Shown here: positions 1 through 12,400 of the stretch, piece after piece
Numbering within the stretch: position 1 is the stretch's first letter
How the letters are laid out: the number at the start of each line of letters is the position of its first letter
Origin: Vicugna vicugna
Lineage: Eukaryota
DNA: 64,000 bases
Direction: 5' to 3'
NCBI GenBank assembly: GCA_013265495.1
Contig: MU058636.1
Span: 1,302,001-1,366,000, forward strand
The notes under the pieces: generated by a model
What the model was told of the DNA's origin: nothing
Seen by the model: only the letters and a program-made list of their open reading frames with translations
Database searches by the model: none
Translations under genes and position numbers: made by a program

Positions 1-1229
1 AAACCCAAAGAAATAACTGAAACCGCCCTAACCATCAGTGTGTGTACTGGCGAACAGGACACTGGCAGGGCCAAATTCCTCCAATTACTTGGTAACTGCA
101 AAGTGAAATTATTTCCCTTATAATAAAGAGAGCTGGTGGTTCCCACTTTAATTGAGTACTAAATTTGGCATCACCAACAGTGAGACAACTGCCATCACAT
201 GTCACGTGACATGCTGCAATGTCATGTATGTAACATTTCCAAACTACTCCAGTCAAAAAATGTTTAACCTCAGTCTCATCAAGCCTTAAGATCTAACCTC
301 TACTTTACAGGAAGTAAAGGGATGAAGGAGCAGGTTAAGAGAGACCACAAAGAAACAATCAGACAAATCCAGCACGGGTCATTATATGAGACAACCTATC
401 TCGTCTGTTCAAAAAGTCAGGGTCATGGAGGAAAAAAAAAGAACTTGAGAGACTGTTCCAGATTTACAAGACTACACAGACATAACACCAAGTGTAAAGC
501 AGGAACCCTGATCACATTGTCGTTCCAAAAAACAAAACACAGAAGACACTTTTAAAACAAGTGAGGTAACTGGAACGTGTTCTAAATATTAGACAATATT
601 AGAAAACTGCCTGGACTTTTCTTGGGTGAGAAAATGGAGCTGTCAGGTAGACATGTGCCCTGACTCTCAGATGATCCACCATGGTCTGCCTACTTGGTCA
701 TTCCTCAGAATCCAATTCCTTCATCAAATCTGTCTGGAACTTTTCATCTGAAGGTTAATTTTTTTTCACTAGGACCTAAATAAAGAAAGAAAGAAGTATA
801 ACTCAAAACTGCAAAGAGAAGGCCCTCACTCCCCCGGGGGAAGCGCCCTGACGCATCAGGGTTTCCAGCCCGATTATTCCCAACATCAAGCCAGACCCGC
901 TCTGGGCTGGTCGGACCTTCCGGTGTTTTTCCCTCCCCCTTCCCACTCACCCTGAAACTGCCTGACTTCTGACTGGGGGTTTCCACCCGCAGTAAGAAGG
1001 CAATGTGTAGACAAGTCAAGAGAGGTACTATGTCATTAAAGCTTACTTTGCTGGTACAGGGAATTCATAATTTGTGACTGAGTACACAGTCAGCCACGAA
1101 AATACAGGGCTCCTGGCAGACACGGACAGAGCTGAAGACGAGGACTAGCAGTTACAAGCCAGATCCCCGAGGCACACTATCTTATCTACTCCCAGTAACC
1201 TCAGAGCAGTGCTTCTGGACAAGCAGTTG

Positions 1230-1470
1230 AGTACCACAGTTATAAACAAAGACCATGGATCCAGACGTCAGGGATTTGAACCCCAGCTCTACCAGCTCAG
1301 TTTCTGTATGACACTGGGAAAACTTTGTAAGCTCTCTGCGCCTCAGTTTCCTCATCTACAAAGGTAACAGTTTCAACCTCACTGAGCTATTGTGAAAACT
1401 AAGTGAGTTACTCTGCGTAAAGGGCCAGAATGATGTCAAGCGTGTAGTAAGTATCACGCAATTGTTACAC
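1230..1470 (+). mobile_element. MIR SINE
   Basis: TTTGAACCCCAGCTCTACCA...CTCTCTGCGCCTCAGTTTCCTCATCT core. Confidence 0.8.
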
Positions 1471-3002
1471 ATATTTTTGGCCCATTTTATACATAAAATG
1501 AACTCAAGGGTTTAGGGTAATTTGCCCAGGGTCATGAATTAATAAAGGCAGAAGGGAAGCCTGAATGCTGGTCTGTGTCAAACACAGAGCCTCCACTCTT
1601 CAGCACACCTCCCTCCCCAGATAGCAGGTGCTCCTCGTTAACTGTGAGAGTGTAAGATCACTCCCAGGACGTTTCCCTCTTACAGAATGGCAGGTGGCAA
1701 AAGACATGAAATTCTGAGCCCCACTTTTCCCACGTGGCAACAGGAGCCCCTGTGAGTGCACCGTGTGCCACAACATTGCTGAACAGAGCAACAGTCGGCG
1801 CTGAAACTCACCTCTCCCTTTGGCTCAGACCCTGAGTTCACATACTGCTTCTACGAGACAACCAACAAGGAGTGCCAACCAACTGACTTTTAAAAAAGAC
1901 CTTTGGAAGTCAACCTGCTCGTGGAAGATTTCCTGCATAACTACTTTCCTCCAATGCTCGTTATTCCGGTTTGGTAGCTTTTCAGAAGGAAGGACAAATT
2001 AATAATCATGTAAACTAGCTTCCACACAACTTCAATCTAAATCGCCCTGTTGAAGGAGTTCCCTGAGAACCTGCTCATCACTGTGAAACACTGTGATCTC
2101 AGACTTAGTTCCCCTGCACGACTCATCTGTCACCACAAAGGGTCAGCTGTTATAAGGTCCTTTTTTTTTTAAACTCCAAAACTCTGCAAGTCTATTACAC
2201 CAAATTTCTGCTGCCAATAGAGAAAATGAGAAACAACAAAATAAACAGTCTTGGTTTCTAAGAGGTCAGAGAATAAAAAGAGAGAAGAGCAAATAAGTTA
2301 AAACGTGTGGGGGCTCGTGGTCTTTAAGGCACGAGCTGCTGGGACTCCCTCTGCCTGGCAAGGCAGCAAAGCTGCTCTTTTCTAATTCTAGCCCCCACCC
2401 CCCAAAAAGTCTGATTTGAAGGCACTAGCATTAATAATTAATTCCACCGGACAGTTGAAAGAATCTTAATAATCCCAATTTTCATTTTAAAAACTGTTTG
2501 CCATGCATGGAAAAGACCAGGAGAACATACGAAAACATGCTACCCATTACTAGTAATTGACTAATGGTTACAGGTGACTTCTAGTTTCTTTACACACTGC
2601 TGTCCATCACAAACATTTATTCCTTTTATACTCAGTAAAACAGTAAAATTTCTTAAGTATCTATGTAATTAAAAGAAAAAATTACACAGCTGTGAAAGAC
2701 CTGGGTGAGGGACGCTGGATAGGGCAGCAGATTGAGCAGTTACAAAGAAGGAAAAAAAATCAAACAATGAACTACAACCACTTTTGGAAAATGTCAGTCA
2801 TTATTAGACTAATGGCAAAATTAAGCACAAGTTCCACCACTACAGAGCTCTACCGCTGGCCTGTCAGTGAGGTAGAGGTACACAAACTAGTTAGTTTGAA
2901 AGATGCCTAAACTAATTGCTACTCTCCTTAAAAAGCACGGTTCCTTAAGTCCCTGTCCTGTTTCTGAAAGGGCTTAATACGGCAATACTCCTTTAACCCA
3001 CC

Positions 3003-3467
3003 TGTTATGAACTAAACTGTGTCCCCCCACCCCCTACCAAAAAAAAAAATACATGGAAGTCTTAACTCTCAGGAGCTCAGATTGTGACCTTCATTAGAAA
3101 TTGGGTCTTTACAGGAGTAATCAAGTTAAAATGAGGCCATTAAGGTGAACCTTAATCCAACGTGACTGGTGTCCTTATAAAAAGGGGAAGTTCAGACACA
3201 GACACACACAGAGGGAACGTGGTGTGAAAAGATGCAGGGAAAAGCTGGCCGCGGACAAGTCAAGGGACCCCTGAGGCTCAGGACTTCCAAGTGACGCTAT
3301 CAGAAGCTAGGAGAGGCTGGGACAGAGCCTTCTCTGGCACCTTCAGACAGGGTGTAACCCTGCCAAGACCTTGAATTTGGACTCCTAACCTCCAGAACTG
3401 TAAGACAATCATTGTTCTAAGCCCCTAGGTTTGCAGTATGGTAACTGAAGCCCTAGGAAACTAACAC
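3003..3467 (+). mobile_element. MLT1 (MaLR) solo LTR
   Basis: TGTTATGAACTAAACTGTGTCCCCCC start, GACTGGTGTCCTTATAAAAAGGGG core, GCCCTAGGAAACTAACACA end. Confidence 0.85.
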
Positions 3468-3844
3468 ATCATCCTACAACCATGCAGCTGGATGGCCCAT
3501 ATCCACTGCCTTTTCAAAGAGCTAGCACTGAACAGTTTTATTTGTAGAACATACAGTGAAGCTAACCTACAATTAGGCACAACAATGTACGTCATGAAAG
3601 GAATTCATACTATCATTTCACTTCAGTTTGCTTCCAATTTTCTTGTGAGTGTCATTTGTGAGAATGTTTGTAATATTTAACTGTAGTAATATATTCCCAG
3701 TTGAAACAAATCTGAATTAATCTAATCATTCTGACCTACAATGTAGATATATTATACTGTAACTTAAATGTCCAAAAAATGAAACAAAACTTCCAACTGA
3801 AAGGTATAGGCATTTAACATAAACCATTTAAGAATTCATATGTC

Positions 3845-4780
3845 ATAAACACAAAGAGGCCCACACACAGGCACATGACAGTGAAAATGCTGAAAGTCAA
3901 AGACAAGGAGGAAAACTTGAAAGCAGCAAGAGAAAAAGGATGAGTCACTTAAAAGGGCGCCAATAAGACTGACAGCTGACTTCTCAGAAGAAACAAGGCA
4001 GGAAGAAGGCAGGGGGGCAACATACTCAAACTGCTCAAAGGAAAGCACTGTCAACCAAGAATACTAAATCTGGCAAAGCTTTCAAACTAAATGTGAAACA
4101 GACTTCCCCACACCAAAAAAACAAAACAAGCCCTGACAATCTTTTGCTAGCAGACCATGTTATAAAAAATACTAAAAGGAGGTTGTTCAGGCTGAAAGTG
4201 TGACTGTAGACAGTAATTCTAGCCCATGTAAAGAGGAGGGGAAGACCCGTGACAGTAACTGTTTCACTACAAAGGACACCACAGACACATTTTTTCTTTC
4301 TTCTCTTAACTGATTTAAAAAGCAATTGTGTAAAATAATCTCTACGTAAATATTACTGGGCCTGTGATCTATGTAAATGTAATATACATGCCATACGTTT
4401 ACCAATAACAGCACAAAAGGAGCGAACTTCTAAGGGGCTTAGGAAACAGAGGTGGTAACGTACCAATTGTGACAATGCACTGCTGCATCAGTAACACTAA
4501 CAGATGCGATACATATAAAAATAATGCCACAAAAGGGGAGAAAGGGAATAGACCTATTAGGAGTAACATTCCTCTATATTACTGCAATTAAGCTAGTATA
4601 AATTGAAAGCTGATTCTGGCAAATTAAGACTTACATGGTAAAACCTAGAGCCAAAATATATACATATGAAAAATCAATAATGAAAATAAAATACTACACT
4701 GGAGAACGTTCACTTCACACAAAAGCAAGCAATAAAGGGGGAGTAGTGGGGAAAAGGCGAGAGTCAGGGGGAAAACTTAT
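3845..4780 (+). mobile_element. Old L1 remnant (end of ORF1 and inter-ORF region)
   Basis: ATAAGACTGACAGCTGACTTCTCAGAAGAAAC and neighbouring motifs resemble the C-terminal coding sequence of L1 ORF1. A-rich. Confidence 0.75.
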
Positions 4781-4789
4781 AAAATCTTG

Positions 4790-5640
4790 GCCACGGGGTG
4801 CCAGCAGATTCCGGCAGGTATTTCAAGGCATCAGTCCCAGTCTGCTCGGGATGCGACCACAAACCGCCACAGGCCGGCGCTTACACGGCCAGCACCGGTT
4901 CCTCACTGCTCCGGCGTCTGCAAGGCAGGGCCGCTCTGCCCGAGGGCCCTCCCGCCTGCACGCGGACCCGCCGGGGCAGCTCGCAGGACCCCCTCTACAA
5001 GGACACTAACCCCACCCGCGAGCTCCACCCTCGCGACCTCATCACCCCCGAAGGGCCCACTTGCAACACAGGAATGTGGGAAAGCGCGCGCACGTTCAGT
5101 CCGCAGCCGCGGCGGCAGGAACGCCGTGCGGCGGGGCCCCACGAAGCGGCCGGCAGGCAGGAGCCCCGCGCCGCGCACCGAGCGGCCTCTGAGGAGCAGA
5201 GCGCGCGCAGCAGCTCCGAGTCCCCGACCCGACCCGACGTCAGAGCTCGCAGGGCTCTAAGCCCAAACCCACGTCGCAGTCCTCAACATAAACATTCAGA
5301 TAAAACGGATTTGCACATGTATATAAAGTGACAGGGCGGAAACACTTCCTAATTTTGAGTACGTGCTGTAAGCTCTAATAACAATAAACTTCTCCAAAAA
5401 GGAGATGGCAAGGGTGAACGGCTCCCTCCGGAACGGCAGAGCGCCGCGCTGCCGCCTCCCACCGGGCCCGGCTCCCACCGCCGCTCCCGCCGCCGGCCCC
5501 CGGCCCCAGGCGCCCGAGGACTCGAGTCTCACTTCCCCTCGAGGACACACCTTCCCGGGGACGCGGCTCTTCTCCCCGCCCGCCCAGCCGCACAGGGCCG
5601 GGCAGGAGCACTCACTGCTCCTGCTTACCAGCACGCCTCT
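4790..5640. promoter_or_regulatory. Orphan intronic CpG island (two GC-rich blocks, about 4790-5280 and 5410-5640)
   Basis: Abrupt CpG-dense sequence inside AT-rich L1-derived flanks. Confidence 0.7.
4833..5107 (-). mobile_element. MLT1-type MaLR solo LTR, strongly GC-shifted
   Basis: GTCCCAGTCTGCTCGGG...CTACAAGGACACTAACCC...CCACCCTCGCGACCTCATCAC...TTCAGTCCGCAGC aligns by eye with the reverse-oriented MLT1A/B consensus (TGTCTTAGTCTGTTCGGG...TATAAGGACACTAATCCC...CCACCCTCATGACCTAATCAC...TTCAGTCCATAGCA). Confidence 0.7.
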
Positions 5641-6442
5641 TCTCTTCTCCGTCTCCTGCTGCCTTGGTTTTCCTCTAGACTCATAAGCACATCGAAAAAA
5701 ATAAAGTTCCTGAATGTGCAGGCTTTTTGTTCCGACCTACTTCTCTTACGTTTACTGAGAAATCAAATCTAATTAGGGCAGCTGTTCAATAACTGCAAGA
5801 CAAAAAGTGCTCGAGATTCGGGAATCCTCGAGTGAGAACTTCCCGTGTCATCTTTAAGCACTAGACGTCTACCTCACACCCTACAGGACTCTCCATACCT
5901 CCCCAGCTTGCGTAGGAAGGAAACCCCAGGTACCCTTTCCTCTCCTTTCCCCCTGAGGAGGCTCACAGTCTGTCCTGAAGCCTTCTCTCTTAACCCCAAA
6001 GATTATCCGTTAATGAAACCCAACTCTCATTCGACTTACAAATTTAAAAGGTCTGACCCCGTCTTTAAGTCCTGAAATGTATTCCACAGATTCTCTGTTG
6101 AGCAAGGCCACGTGGTCCGGGTTTCACCCACTGTGTTCATTTTCATGACCTCTCACGCTACAAAGCCTGCATGTATCAGCTCACCAAAAGCTGTGAAATA
6201 CGGGCAGCCGGCTCTCCTCAGCACCCGGGCACCTCCAGGTCTCTCCCGCTGCTCCTGCGCCTACAACTGGTAATAACCACCGCCGCCGTCCACCGCGTGC
6301 AAAGGCAGAGCTCACAAACCCACTCAAAGTCCTGCCCAGTACTTCGCCTCAGCCCCAAATCCACTGCAAACATGTCAGGAACCAGTTTTCCACATTCAGT
6401 ATAACAACTTTTTTTTTTTTAAGTAAAAAAATGTATACACAC

Positions 6443-6908
6443 GGTGGCAGCAGAAAAATAACACCCCACCCTAATCCTCAAAACCTGAGAATGTTAGACT
6501 ACACGGCGGGGGGAGGGGGCTAAGGTTCCCAGTCAAGTGACCGAGACAGGGAGGTTATCCTGGATGACCCAGATGCGCCTGATTTATCAAACTGCAAGTG
6601 AGAGGGGCAGGAGAGTCAGTGTCAGGGCGATGCGGTGTGAGAAAGACCGACCAGCCACCACCAGCTTCGTAAACAGCAGGCGCACCCAGCCAAGGACTGC
6701 AGGCACCTGTAGCAGCAGGAAAAGGAAGGGAAGCCAACTCTCCCCCGAAGCCTCCAGACAGAACGCTGCTCTCCCAACACTGTAATGCCAGCCCAGTAGG
6801 ACCCACTGCAAACCTGTGCCCTCCAGAACCACAGAAGAATAAATGTATGTTCTTTTAAGCAGCTAAATTAGTGGTGATTTGTTACAACAGCAACAGGAAA
6901 CTGATACA
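6443..6908 (+). mobile_element. MLT1 (MaLR) solo LTR
   Basis: GGTGGCAGCAGAAAAATAAC start, GGGAGGTTATCCTGGAT core, GCAACAGGAAACTGATACA end. Confidence 0.85.
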
Positions 6909-9199
6909 CACACAGATTTTTGGTTCACTTTAAACACTACACATAGAAATAAATACACTCTAATAACCTTAAAATTTGAAAATTAAAGTGACTATATCTG
7001 GTTAGTTCATCCAGCTTTCTGAATCATTTGCTTAAGAATCTGAAGTTGCTTCAATAACAAGAGTAGGAAGTATGTGACTTTGAAACAGAACACATTAAAA
7101 ATGGAAAATAAAAGTAAAACTACTTTGTTAATAAGCACTAGTGCACAGTCAAGCCTTACTAACTATAATATAAATCATAGGCAAGAATTTTCATTAGAAC
7201 CCTAGGTACCTGTAGGCTAGTTCGACCACCAAATTATGTTTAGATATGAAAAAAGCTACTTTACTTTAAAGGGTAGCCAGACTAAATTCATTACTTCGGA
7301 AGTGCAATTATGAAGAAAATCTGCATATGTAAGAAAGTTTACATCTCTATAGCTTTAAATGTGACATGAAGAACACATCTACATTCTCTCTGAATGGTTT
7401 TTATAGTATTTATTTAAAATAAAAAACTTACAAATGCAGTTAAAACTCTATTCTGAACCTCTAATGAAATGCTGGATTCAGGCAATGGTTATCAACAGTT
7501 GCTAAAAAAAAAAAAAACAAAACAAAACCCCAAAACCATTAAGAGCGGCCGAGAGCTACACACTAGAAGGATCGTGCTGACAACTCTTGAACCAAAATCA
7601 ACCTCCCAGTCATGGAGACGAGACACCCGTGCCTCCTACTGTGCTGTGACAGGAAGGACACATCACCTATGACACCTTTTTTCAACACCGCCCACCTACT
7701 CCCCCAATCCCACCCCCATAAAACCAAGCCAAATAAAGAGTCTGGATCAAGCCTCCAGATAGACCAGTTTACAGAAAATACACAGGATGGAGAAAGATGC
7801 TCAACACTACTAAGGGACGCAATCAGCAGATGCAGGAAACGGGAGAAGCTAAGGGACGACGTCCTGTCCCAGCAGATAAACTGCTGTTCTTAAAAAGACC
7901 CACACTTAACAGCTACAACAGCCAAGTACAGTGCATGTACCCAACCACATAAAGCATTTGAGACAATCAGGCGATTTCAACCATGACTGGATTGAGGGCA
8001 CTAAGAAATGGGGGTGGGGGAGCAGAGTAAACGATACTGTGGTCGTACTGGGGGTGGAGGACGGGGGGACACTCTGCACTTACTCGGGGAGCAGTACGGT
8101 CCAGCGGCAAAAGCTCTAGGCAGAACAGAGATCCCGGGCGGAATCCTGCCTCAATTCACTGACCGCAGGACTGCGGTCTGAGGCAGCCTACTGCCCACCT
8201 CCTTATCTGTGAAACAATACTACTCCTGTTGGCCCATTTCATAGATTTTCCCATCACTGTTCAGAAAAAAAATGAAGTAATAAAGTGGTTTGAAATGCAA
8301 ACAATGACACTGGGGAGGTTTCTTCATGGATGTACTGCCACAAAAGTACATTCTGCGTAAGTTATTTTTACTAATGACTGATTCACTGTAAGCGGGTTGT
8401 GTTTTTTTCAATTAATTTTCTATGAAACCACTTCCTCTGACCCCTTTTCTCTTGATAAGCTTACAAGTAATGAGCTAAAAAGCAAAAAAAGTGTATGCTT
8501 GAAATGGGTCTCAGATTGAGGCTCCTCCTCTGCCATCACACCGGGAAGGAAAGAAGCCAGTGCTGTCCCCCGATCTCGGCCCCTGCCTGGCCCCGCGGCC
8601 AAAGGCAGACCTTCTCCTCACTAACTCACTCTAGCAAAGTGAGCTCTGTAGGCTACAAATGTGATTATTAAAAACATATGAGTTTTTTTTCTTTAAAAAT
8701 CTACCAGACAACTTTAACAGGAGATTTTTGCCTAAACTAATACAAATCCAATCCATTTAATAAATGTGATAAAGTTACTGAAACATTAAACTACTTAAGT
8801 AATTCTAATAACTAAACTCTAATGTATTTACCGTCAATTTTCATTCATATTTTCGCCTCTTCTCTAAAGCCTTTCCCTTTCCGCACCTTCCCTCAAATTA
8901 TCTTTCAAATCCCACCAAGCTCCCCTACGCACCACTCCCAAAGACCTTCTCCAGTGGCCCAGGCTTCGCTCCGAATGCCCGCCTGTCTTCCATTCAAGCA
9001 TCAGAACACTCAGCACAACAAGTGTGCGTCGTCATTTACACTGTTACTGCTGCTGCTGCTGTTACGTGTGAGTCTGGTTTTCCCAACTAGACTGCAAGTC
9101 CTTTGAGGACACAGACTGACACTAAAGTGCAGCTCTAGTGTCTAGTGCACAAGCCTCCTTAATGAACATTCCTCGATACTGACTGTAAAAATGGACCTG

Positions 9200-9418
9200 A
9201 CAGCCCCATTGCTGTACTGAGATCAAGCGTGCCCCCCAGCCCTAAGCCCCCGTCCCTCAGAGTGCGGGGCTAGAGAGAGTGCCCTCCCCACAGCCTGCCT
9301 CCAAAGGAGCCGGCTCTGCCTGAGCCTTGATTCTGGGCTCCGGCCTCCAGCAAACTTCTGTTATTTTAAACTACACAAGTTTTGGGTACTTGGCTTTGGC
9401 AACCCGAGGAAACTAACA
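9200..9418 (+). mobile_element. MLT1-like LTR fragment
   Basis: CCTCCAAAGGAGC...CCTTGATTCTGGGCTCCGGCCTCCAG...GCAACCCGAGGAAACTAACA. Confidence 0.6.
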
Positions 9419-12400
9419 AGACTGATGTCAAAGAGAATGAAAATGTGCAGCCAGTATTATATAACTAAATCTTTCTCAAATGATAGACACTGAAGATTAT
9501 GGAGAATTAAAATGAGCACAGTTTTGACCTAGAATGAAGCAACGTAATGATAAAGAAAAACGTCTGTTAAGTGAAAAGAGCAAGTTGCAAATCAATCTGC
9601 AGATTTGATGGGGTGGGGGTGATCTCTCACACACTCACACACACACACTACTGTATGTTTGTATATGCTCAGGTGATGTCCAGCCCCTGACACACATTCA
9701 CACACTCTTACAAGCAATTAACTCTTGGAAAGGATCGCCCCTCCTTCTCTTTGTAGGAGATGGATTTTTTTAATTCACAAGCTTTTGTACTTTTTAAAAC
9801 AATAAATTTTGTTAAACTTTTAAAAAATGAATTAAAAGAAACTACTGCTGCCAAGAAAATCAGAGGTCGTAAAGTTCCTTAACAATAACACAGTTAAACC
9901 TGAGTGATTTACTTCAGACAGTTTAAAAAATTCATTAATTACTGAACTACAAAGGCATATCTACCACCCCATTTCTAACAGTGACCATGTCGTGACATCT
10001 CAGAATCAGTATTCAACACAAGTTGTTGGCAAAAATGACAGCAGGAAAATAAGATAATGTTTACCAACCACCCCCATGTCTACCAGGAATATAATTCTGA
10101 AGGTTTTACAAATGTTCTATCATTGAATTTCATTTCTCAACTGGGCCATGCCCACTCAGCCCAGCCTTCTCCCTGCCACAGCACCAGGGAACATTTTGAG
10201 AAGGCTCGTTAGCTTACGAAACCAAAAATGGACCCAAACATCCTACTTCTTGTTAATAATCAATTCCAGATTTATCATCTCTAAGTTTGCTCAATCAGTG
10301 TGCAAAGTACCCAGCAACAGCACCACTAAGAGCCACTCAGCCTCAGGTCCCCATGCACGCTCCTCTGGAAGCTGAAAATGACCAGCGTCACCTCCCATGC
10401 CACCATGTCTGCTGAGATGACCCAGGTCATCATGGGCAGAACTTGCTGAGGTGGTACAATAACCATAGCCCGGTTCTAGAGGTGGAAAGGAGAGATGGTG
10501 ACATCTGGGGTGAAACGCTGCAATGGGGGGGAGGGGGGTGAGGACACGAGAAAGGCGGGGCCGGGACGCCTGGAGGGGCAGCGCCAGCCAGGGTGGCCAC
10601 GCCGCCCGGAAAGGACAAAAATAATCAAACAAACCACAAGCAGAGACACAGAGGAGGTGACAGAGCTCACTTGTTTATTTTCGGTTGAAAAGGACCATCT
10701 ATAAATGTCTTCAAACAAGAAGACAACGATGCAGATAACCAAGTGTGGTCATCAGGCGGAGGCCTGGCTTTCACAGAGAAAACCATCAGAAGTTGGGAGG
10801 TGCTTCCTGCCAGCTCTCTCCTCCTGAGCTGACCGTCAGTCCAGACGTCTCCCTGTGAGGGAGATGTAAACCGTCTGAAATTTAAAATATGCAATCAAAA
10901 CAAATGAAACTAGTAAGCTAGAGAAACTAGCTTTTTTTTTAATGAACTGTCTTTTAAAAGAAACATATGCAAATAATGACAACAAAAATAAAAAATTTGC
11001 CTAGCAGAGTCAAAGCACTGTATCCAGTTTTGAGCCTCTGACATTTTAAATTTGTTCCAACTCTTGTTCACCTTTAAATAATAACCCTGAGGCCATCAGT
11101 CTGAGGAAATCACCAGCATCACAACCTTAAGTCCATCAAATAATCAAACGGCAAAGACACCTTATTTCCATTCCTCACCGGTTCCTAGAAGAAAACCAAA
11201 GCGTCACCATTCAAGGCCAAAGTCTGAAACCTTCTAAACATTACATTCTGTTTTACAGAAACAAGAACACCCTTCCTCTATTATTTCAAGACACATCTAC
11301 CTCATGCAAAATTTAAAGTACCAATCACTACCCACAAGGTACCACCGTAATTATTCTGCATATGAACACCTGCATGACGCAGACTAAACACCAAGGAATC
11401 TTCCCAACATCAGGGGAAAAACAAAAAACTGTGAAACAGTATTTTAGGAAAAAAGATAACTTCTTCAGCGTTACAGTGGATTGTTCCTTAGACTGAAGTC
11501 CAAAGCAGAATAAATGTTTTTGCCTATAGGATCTCACATTATAGACATATTTTCCATTCCGTAAGAACAGAAGGCTTTTATTTTCTTCTCTCCTTGCCCC
11601 AGGACTTACTCCACTGCTTTCTTTATTTGTGCCTGCAAGGGCTCTTACTTTGATCATAATTTGAAAGAATTATGAAAGTTCTCTTCTCAGGGATCCCTGA
11701 AAAACTCAGGGAGACCAATACTGTAGAAATTAACACAATTTAGTCACTATAATATTAGCCCTTACAAAAAAATGCTAACTAGAAGGAAATTACAGTAAGT
11801 TTGCTGACATCAGAAGTAAACTGCTCCTTCACTGCACAAATAATTTGGCCAAGAATCGCATGTCAATAAGAGAACCAAGCCCACAGATACCCAGGTAGGA
11901 AAAAAGAAAAACTCTCTGAACCATAAATTCCTAAAATATTTAAAAGATTTTTTTTAAAAAAAGAGTAATCTACAACTGCTTCATGAATTACCCGAGCATC
12001 CCAAGACTAGCATCATTAAAATACTCATTTTCAAACTCTGTAATGACTTCAACTTTGTCAGCAGTAACTTGTGAGCCCTGCTGTCACTCCCACAGCCATG
12101 GTACCAGAACATGCCCCCATCCTCTCCTTATGAGGACAAGAAGTCCTATCAATAGTGATCATGTGATGATTCTAATTTACGTTTACAGTACAAAGGACTT
12201 TCACACGAATCATCCCACTTCACATGCATCCTCTCATCTGATCCAATGGGGAAATTATCACTCCATTTCACAGCTGAAATCAGGAAAGTCGTCCATCCAA
12301 CCACAAATTACTAGTAAGTGAAATCGGATTCAAAACCACACACACACAGAAAGCTTAGACGTTAGGGACAGAAATTCCCAGATTCTTGTTTAAAAAGGAA

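Noticed and set aside
4635..5686. Overlapping 90-177 aa ORFs
   Set aside because: Open in many frames on both strands because of GC content, and partly MLT1-derived.
10914..10940. Hairpin AAGCTAG-agaaa-CTAGCTT followed by a T run (terminator-like)
   Set aside because: Rho-independent terminators are not relevant in mammalian intronic DNA, and there is no upstream Pol III unit.
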